A DNA stretch of 64,000 nucleotides from Picochlorum sp. SENEW3 (lineage: Eukaryota): contig CP120453.1 of assembly GCA_034226945.1 (NCBI GenBank), positions 1 to 64,000 of the forward strand, in the 5' to 3' direction. The notes under the pieces are model-generated. The model saw nothing but the letters and a program-made list of their open reading frames with translations. It did no database searches and was not told the DNA's origin. The position numbers and the translations under genes were made by a program. Position 1 is the stretch's first letter. Every line of letters begins with the position of its first letter. Shown piece by piece: positions 59,452 to 64,000 of the stretch.

Positions 59452-60633
59452 ATGTCTCTTAGAACGTCGATCAATGACCTATCTCGAGACCTGTCCGAGT
59501 TTGCGACGAGTCTTGAGTCGAGACTTGTCCAACTGAAATATTCCTCAGCACATCCTTCGACAGTGGATGCATGTACATATAAGAGGTGTCTTAATGATTT
59601 GGATAGTCGTGTGAAAAAGGTGGACGGAGAACTGGACAGATGCGAGGTTGTTGTGAATAATTCAGACGCAACTGCCAATGATCTGGTACACGAAGCACAG
59701 GTGGCACATGCGGCGATTGAAAGATTATTACACGATTCTGGTATATATAGTTCAGAGAAAGGGAAAGAGACGAGGGTTGGTACTCGAACAACGTCAGATC
59801 AACCAGAACCGAAACCATTGGATCCATGTTTGACTGAGAAGGATCCGTCACAGGATTCATCTCCGGATTCTTTGACGCCGTCTATGAAGCATTTGATGGG
59901 AAAGTATGGTGATTCGGGGTCCTTAAAGTATAGTCGGGAGGCAGCATACACCAAAGTCCTTTCTCCTGCATTTTCAGATGCCCTTCTCCAGCAGGAGGTT
60001 GCCATGCAGAAGGACGATGGTTTGCTCCAAAAGTATGCTCCAGATGATGCATATGTAGAAGAAAATACCCTAGAGCTCAAATCACAGGTTATTTTCAGTA
60101 GATACAACACGGATAGAGGGGGAGGAGGCACAGAGAAGCCAGAACCGATCAATGAGTTGGAAGATTTGCCGCCTGCAAGAGAAGAAGTAAAGCACTCTGA
60201 GAAGAATCTTGAGCAAGCAATATCTGCAGCGTTAGCTAAAAGCTCTTTGTCTCAAGGCGTAACACCGTCATCAGCTCATCAGTCATCACAGATGGCAGCA
60301 GCATCTGCCCCTCGCACAGTGAGTACACCCTCTGTGCCCAGTGCAGTCCCTGCATTTCGATCAATTGACACTACGTTATATTCAACGCTGCCGTCCTTTA
60401 TCAAAGGCCAGATTTCCTTGGAAGATCTTGCACGCGCAGGAGAAGCACTGCATGCTTTTGTGTCTAGGAACCAGGAGCAAGGACATGGAGTCACCTTTAC
60501 TGCACATGATGTCGAAAAGCATACATCTCTATCGCCTGTCAAGGCCAAGGTGCTGTTGAATGCCTTGGCAAAACTGGAACAAATCAAGTTGAAAGTCATC
60601 TATGGTCAAGGGACTGTGTACTTTTTCATGTAA
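59452..60633 (+). CDS. SKA3: Plant-type spindle and kinetochore-associated protein 3-like
   Basis: N-terminal coiled coil, disordered middle, and C-terminal YSTLPSFIKGQISLEDL..KAKVLLNAL domain resembling plant SKA3. Confidence 0.65.
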   Translation: MSLRTSINDLSRDLSEFATSLESRLVQLKYSSAHPSTVDACTYKRCLNDLDSRVKKVDGELDRCEVVVNNSDATANDLVHEAQVAHAAIERLLHDSGIYSSEKGKETRVGTRTTSDQPEPKPLDPCLTEKDPSQDSSPDSLTPSMKHLMGKYGDSGSLKYSREAAYTKVLSPAFSDALLQQEVAMQKDDGLLQKYAPDDAYVEENTLELKSQVIFSRYNTDRGGGGTEKPEPINELEDLPPAREEVKHSEKNLEQAISAALAKSSLSQGVTPSSAHQSSQMAAASAPRTVSTPSVPSAVPAFRSIDTTLYSTLPSFIKGQISLEDLARAGEALHAFVSRNQEQGHGVTFTAHDVEKHTSLSPVKAKVLLNALAKLEQIKLKVIYGQGTVYFFM

Positions 60634-60712
60634 CGTCATGTACATTTGGCTAGGGATTTAATGCCTGCTTCCCCTTTATATCGCAATAAGAATAGAAAAT
60701 AAATCATATAGA

Positions 60713-61946
60713 ATGCTAGCAGCTCGTGATATTGGTGGAACGCGTGCGTTCTCCTTTGTAGGCCGCCCAGTGACAGGAATTCAACGAATTGGCGGGGCAC
60801 GTGTACCACGCCGTAGATTTGATACAAACAAGGATCTCAGCAGGATACAATCTAGTTCTTCAGATGGTGCCATTACGCCAGATGGAATCATCGGCCCAGA
60901 TGGGGAGATTGTCAAAAGGGCTCCTCTGGACCCTGCAGACAGCAAAGCTCTGTGGAAGAGGGCAATCAAGCTTCCCATGTATTCGGTAGGGATTGCTCCA
61001 GTGTTGCTGAGTGCGACAGCAGCCTTTGTATATACTGGGGCTTTCCAGCCCTTGAAAACCTTGGGACTATGCGTTGCTTCGGCTGCCATTATTGCATGGT
61101 TGAATCTGTCAAATGATGTGTTTGATTCTGCCACTGGTGTGGACAAGAACAAGGCCGAATCTGTCGTGAATCTGACGGGAGACTGGCGCAAAGTATTTCT
61201 TATTGCGAATGCATTCTTTATTCTTGGAGTTGGTATCCTATTTTCCATAATAGCACAAGTGGTACGTTGTTTTGTAGATGACTGTTGTCTGACACTTGAG
61301 GGGATGGAGTCATGAATGTTTACTTTTCCTGCAGCCAAACGAGTTCGTGACTAAAGCATTATACGCCGCTATTTGTTGTGGATATTTATATCAGGGTCCT
61401 CCATTCAGATGGAGCTACTTGGGACTCGGGGAACCCCTGTGTTTCCTTGCATTCGGTCCATTGGCAACAAATGCATTCTATCTGGCCCAGATCCCTGCAG
61501 CGCTAGCCATTCCAGAAGCAGGGGCGTCCGTATTCAGTGTCATTCCCAGTTCCATGTGGGCTCTCTCCACATTCTTAGGTCTTTCAACAACGATAATTCT
61601 ATTCTGCTCCCATTTCCATCAAATAGATGGAGACAAGGTAGCAGGAAAACAATCTCCCGTGGTCAGAATGGGCATTGAGAAATCCACCTCTACTCTCAAG
61701 TTCTTGGTGGGGTGCTTGTACACAGTCATGCTGGTACTATGCTTATTCGGAGTATTACCATTTGCGACATGGACATCGGGCATGATATCGTATGGCTTTG
61801 CCGCCGAGATGGTCAAATTCGCAGAGGACAATGGCAGCAAGCCAGCAGACTTGAAAAATCTAAAATTCTTGGCCACCAAATGGCACATAGCCTTCAGCAG
61901 TATGCTCGTACTCGGCCTTATCGTATCTAAATTAATGGTCATGTAA
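60713..61946 (+). CDS. menA: DHNA phytyltransferase (phylloquinone synthesis); intron 61262-61334
   Basis: WKRAIKLPMYSV, WLNLSNDVFDSATGVDKNKAESVV, YQGPPFR.SY.GLGE, SHFHQIDGD..AGK.SP. Confidence 0.95.
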
Positions 61947-61981
61947 ACTAATCGATTACAAAATGCGAGAAAAAAGCACGA

Positions 61982-62657
61982 TTAAGAGACAAGGAATGAG
62001 TTCTTCTCATTTGTTTCGTCAATCTCCTTGGCAAGCTCAGGATCCTTTGCAAGCTCCTCATCTATAGTCGCCGTCTTCAATTGCTTCTTCTGTTTATCAA
62101 TCTGCTCCAATTCAATCATAATAGCCTCCACACGCTTCTTCGACTCGGCTGAAATCTTCTCTGCCTGGTCCACAATGGCCTTGAACCTTTCCGCCACATT
62201 CTTGATTTCCTTATCCTCATACTCTGGAATCTTCATAGACTTGTACGCCTTTTCAAATTTATCAACAATCGAAGCATCCAGCTGGCTCTTGTACGTCGCC
62301 CAATCCGGCTCGGCCATGGTCTGACTCACGCTCCCAACAGCTCGTTCCAGCTCCATCATGGTATTCTTCAACGATGCCAGCTCCCTTTTACCATTATCAC
62401 TCTGTACAATATTGGATATCGCATCCCAATCCACGGATCCAGTCGCGACAGCCTTTTCAGCAAACCATCTTTGCTGGACGCGAGCAACGCCACTCTGCAT
62501 CAATCATCAACGCCATATGCATTAAAAATATGTTTCATAATCACATTAGGGATAACAGCAGGGTCTTTGTGTCTCCATACGAATGCCAACCCCAAGGAGA
62601 AGGGTTTCTGACCCATTGTCCACGTACCACGTTCTGAATCAGCCTTGAGCGAATCAT
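61982..62657 (-). CDS. ATP5H: Mitochondrial ATP synthase subunit d; exons 62657-62628, 62494-61982
   Basis: VDWDAISNIVQSDNGKRE, PDWATYK, IVDKFEKAYKSMKIP, TIDEEL..DPEL..EID match plant subunit d. Confidence 0.9.
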
Positions 62658-62804
62658 ACTGTTTGATTGGAAATTATATTACATAAAAATGAAGAAAGCA
62701 CGCCGCATGGCCTTGTATTCGTACTCATGGCTCCCATCTGGATCATCGCCTCTCCCTTCTTGTATTCAGAAGATCTGCTATATATATCTGTAGCAGCGAT
62801 GCCA

Positions 62805-63161
62805 TCATCCGCCACTCAGAGGAGTGATGAAAGCAACTTCATCGCCAGGATGGAGTTCATGCACCTCTCCTGGCTTGGCATACTCTTGATTGATTGAGAA
62901 GATGTACGAGTCCCTGAGCGCCTGCATCTTGGGATACTACACAGACACAGAAAAAAGACCATGAGATGGGTATCATCATCAAATGGCAGAAGCAAAGAAG
63001 CATACCTTTGACTCGATATAGTCTCTGAGCTGCTCTGTTGTTGATGCTTTTGATTCTTCCTGCCCTCCTGCCACAATGTCAGACAGGTCCACAGTCAGGT
63101 CACTCTGGCCCACACACTCCCTCACCTGAGCAAAGAACAGAATGCGAACGGATGATCCCAT
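62805..63161 (-). CDS. MOCS2A: Molybdopterin synthase sulfur-carrier subunit; exons 63161-63006, 62936-62805
   Basis: VRILFFAQVRE spliced to YPKMQAL..SINQEY..GDEVAFITPLSGG-stop (C-terminal GG). Confidence 0.93.
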
Positions 63162-63651
63162 ACCACTGCTTGTATCCTAGTTCTTCTCGGGCAATCGTGT
63201 TTCTTTTCTAAAAAATCTCTGGGTCTAATGGCCTCTGTGTGCAGTATTCTACTCCTTGTTCCACTGATTCTACTCTCTGCTACTATCGCGGATGGTCAAT
63301 GTGATACTCATAGGCTGTCTTCTCTATCAAAAGACTATTGGGCTGTCGTTGAAAGCTATTCCGACGTGACCGTTGCCTTTCGAATTCCTGCAAGTTGTAG
63401 TACGAGGGCTTGCTCTCTCTCCACAGCGAGTCGAATCAGTGCCACCAATCCTCTTGCTTACTTAGCATATAAATATTAAAAAATGCCATTCAGCGAGGAT
63501 CACAACCGATACATCCCAGTCCGCGCCCTGGATTCGAAACCTTTCAAAGTTTGATCTTGGGCTCGAGCGCATGAGAACGCTCGATACTCCAGACTTGAGA
63601 CTGCATTCTTGATTAAAGAGCATATTTTATTTACAATATTTAAATTTGGTG

Positions 63652-64000
63652 ATGATGAACGAGACTGAGGGCTCAAAAGAGGTTCCTGTGTCACGGGGCC
63701 CCAGGAAACGAAAACTTTCGGGGAGTGCTAAAGTACGGAAAGTGTGTCTGAGGGAAGAGGAAAAGATCAATAGAGCAATTCAGGAGAGTTTATTTGCCAT
63801 ATCTGATTGTCAGAAGAAAGAATGTGGGCATGAACGGCATGGAAAGGTCAAGTTGCCAGAATTTGTTGGGTTCCTTATTCAGCCGAATGGAGAGGTTGTC
63901 AGCATGATGACGGGGATGTGGAAGCAAGGTATGTAGGATAGAGATGGTGTGGTCGTGTGTGAGGTACTCATGGAAGAAACGTGATGGTCTGTGTAGGTGA
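63652..64000 (+). CDS. 5' part of an unidentified gene; exon 63652-63928, probable intron to 63996
   Basis: Purine-rich ORF with NLS-like PRKRK and a GTATGT donor; runs off the window. Confidence 0.55.

Noticed and set aside
22432..62324. Numerous antisense or alternate-frame ORFs overlapping identified genes
   Set aside because: Shadows of real coding sequence with no independent motifs.
63228..63479. 83-aa signal-peptide-like ORF
   Set aside because: Short, no motif, and lies in a divergent promoter region; cannot be supported.

Overview
Eukaryotic nuclear DNA from a very compact green alga. LHCA8, plant-type PEX13/SKA3/MenA, an orthodox mitochondrial ATP synthase subunit d, 65-200 nt GT-AG introns and tiny intergenic gaps point to a trebouxiophyte, Picochlorum-like; this is inference. 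The window has three zones. (1) 1-12.76 kb is a gene-free repeat block ordered A-B-A'-B'. It holds two related elements with an A/C-rich head and a tRNA-like A/B-box segment, carrying a 170-bp or a 160-bp tandem array, plus a 402-bp hAT-type MITE whose empty site is visible in the paralog. The block abuts the orphan 3' end of a sugar-transporter gene and looks subtelomeric or centromeric. (2) 13.2-22.1 kb is an accessory zone with two divergent, intronless multi-domain glycan genes (GT31+DUF5672-like; GT2-like+sulfotransferase+propeller hydrolase-like). It also has an 88-bp direct repeat, a palindrome chain, a decayed secreted-protein gene and two strongly base-paired non-coding segments. The best of these is a ~270-nt plus-strand RNA-like fold with possible pseudoknots at ~19844-20117. 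(3) 22.1-64 kb holds about 19 tightly packed, mostly housekeeping genes, including Piezo, PANK2, MDAR, 2-Cys Prx, MPP10 and RPS15A. It also contains a ~1740-aa gene fusing a CDCA7-type zf-4CXXC_R1 finger to an MMS22-like body, directly upstream of a TONSOKU-like LRR gene. All family calls come from motif recognition by eye; no searches were run.
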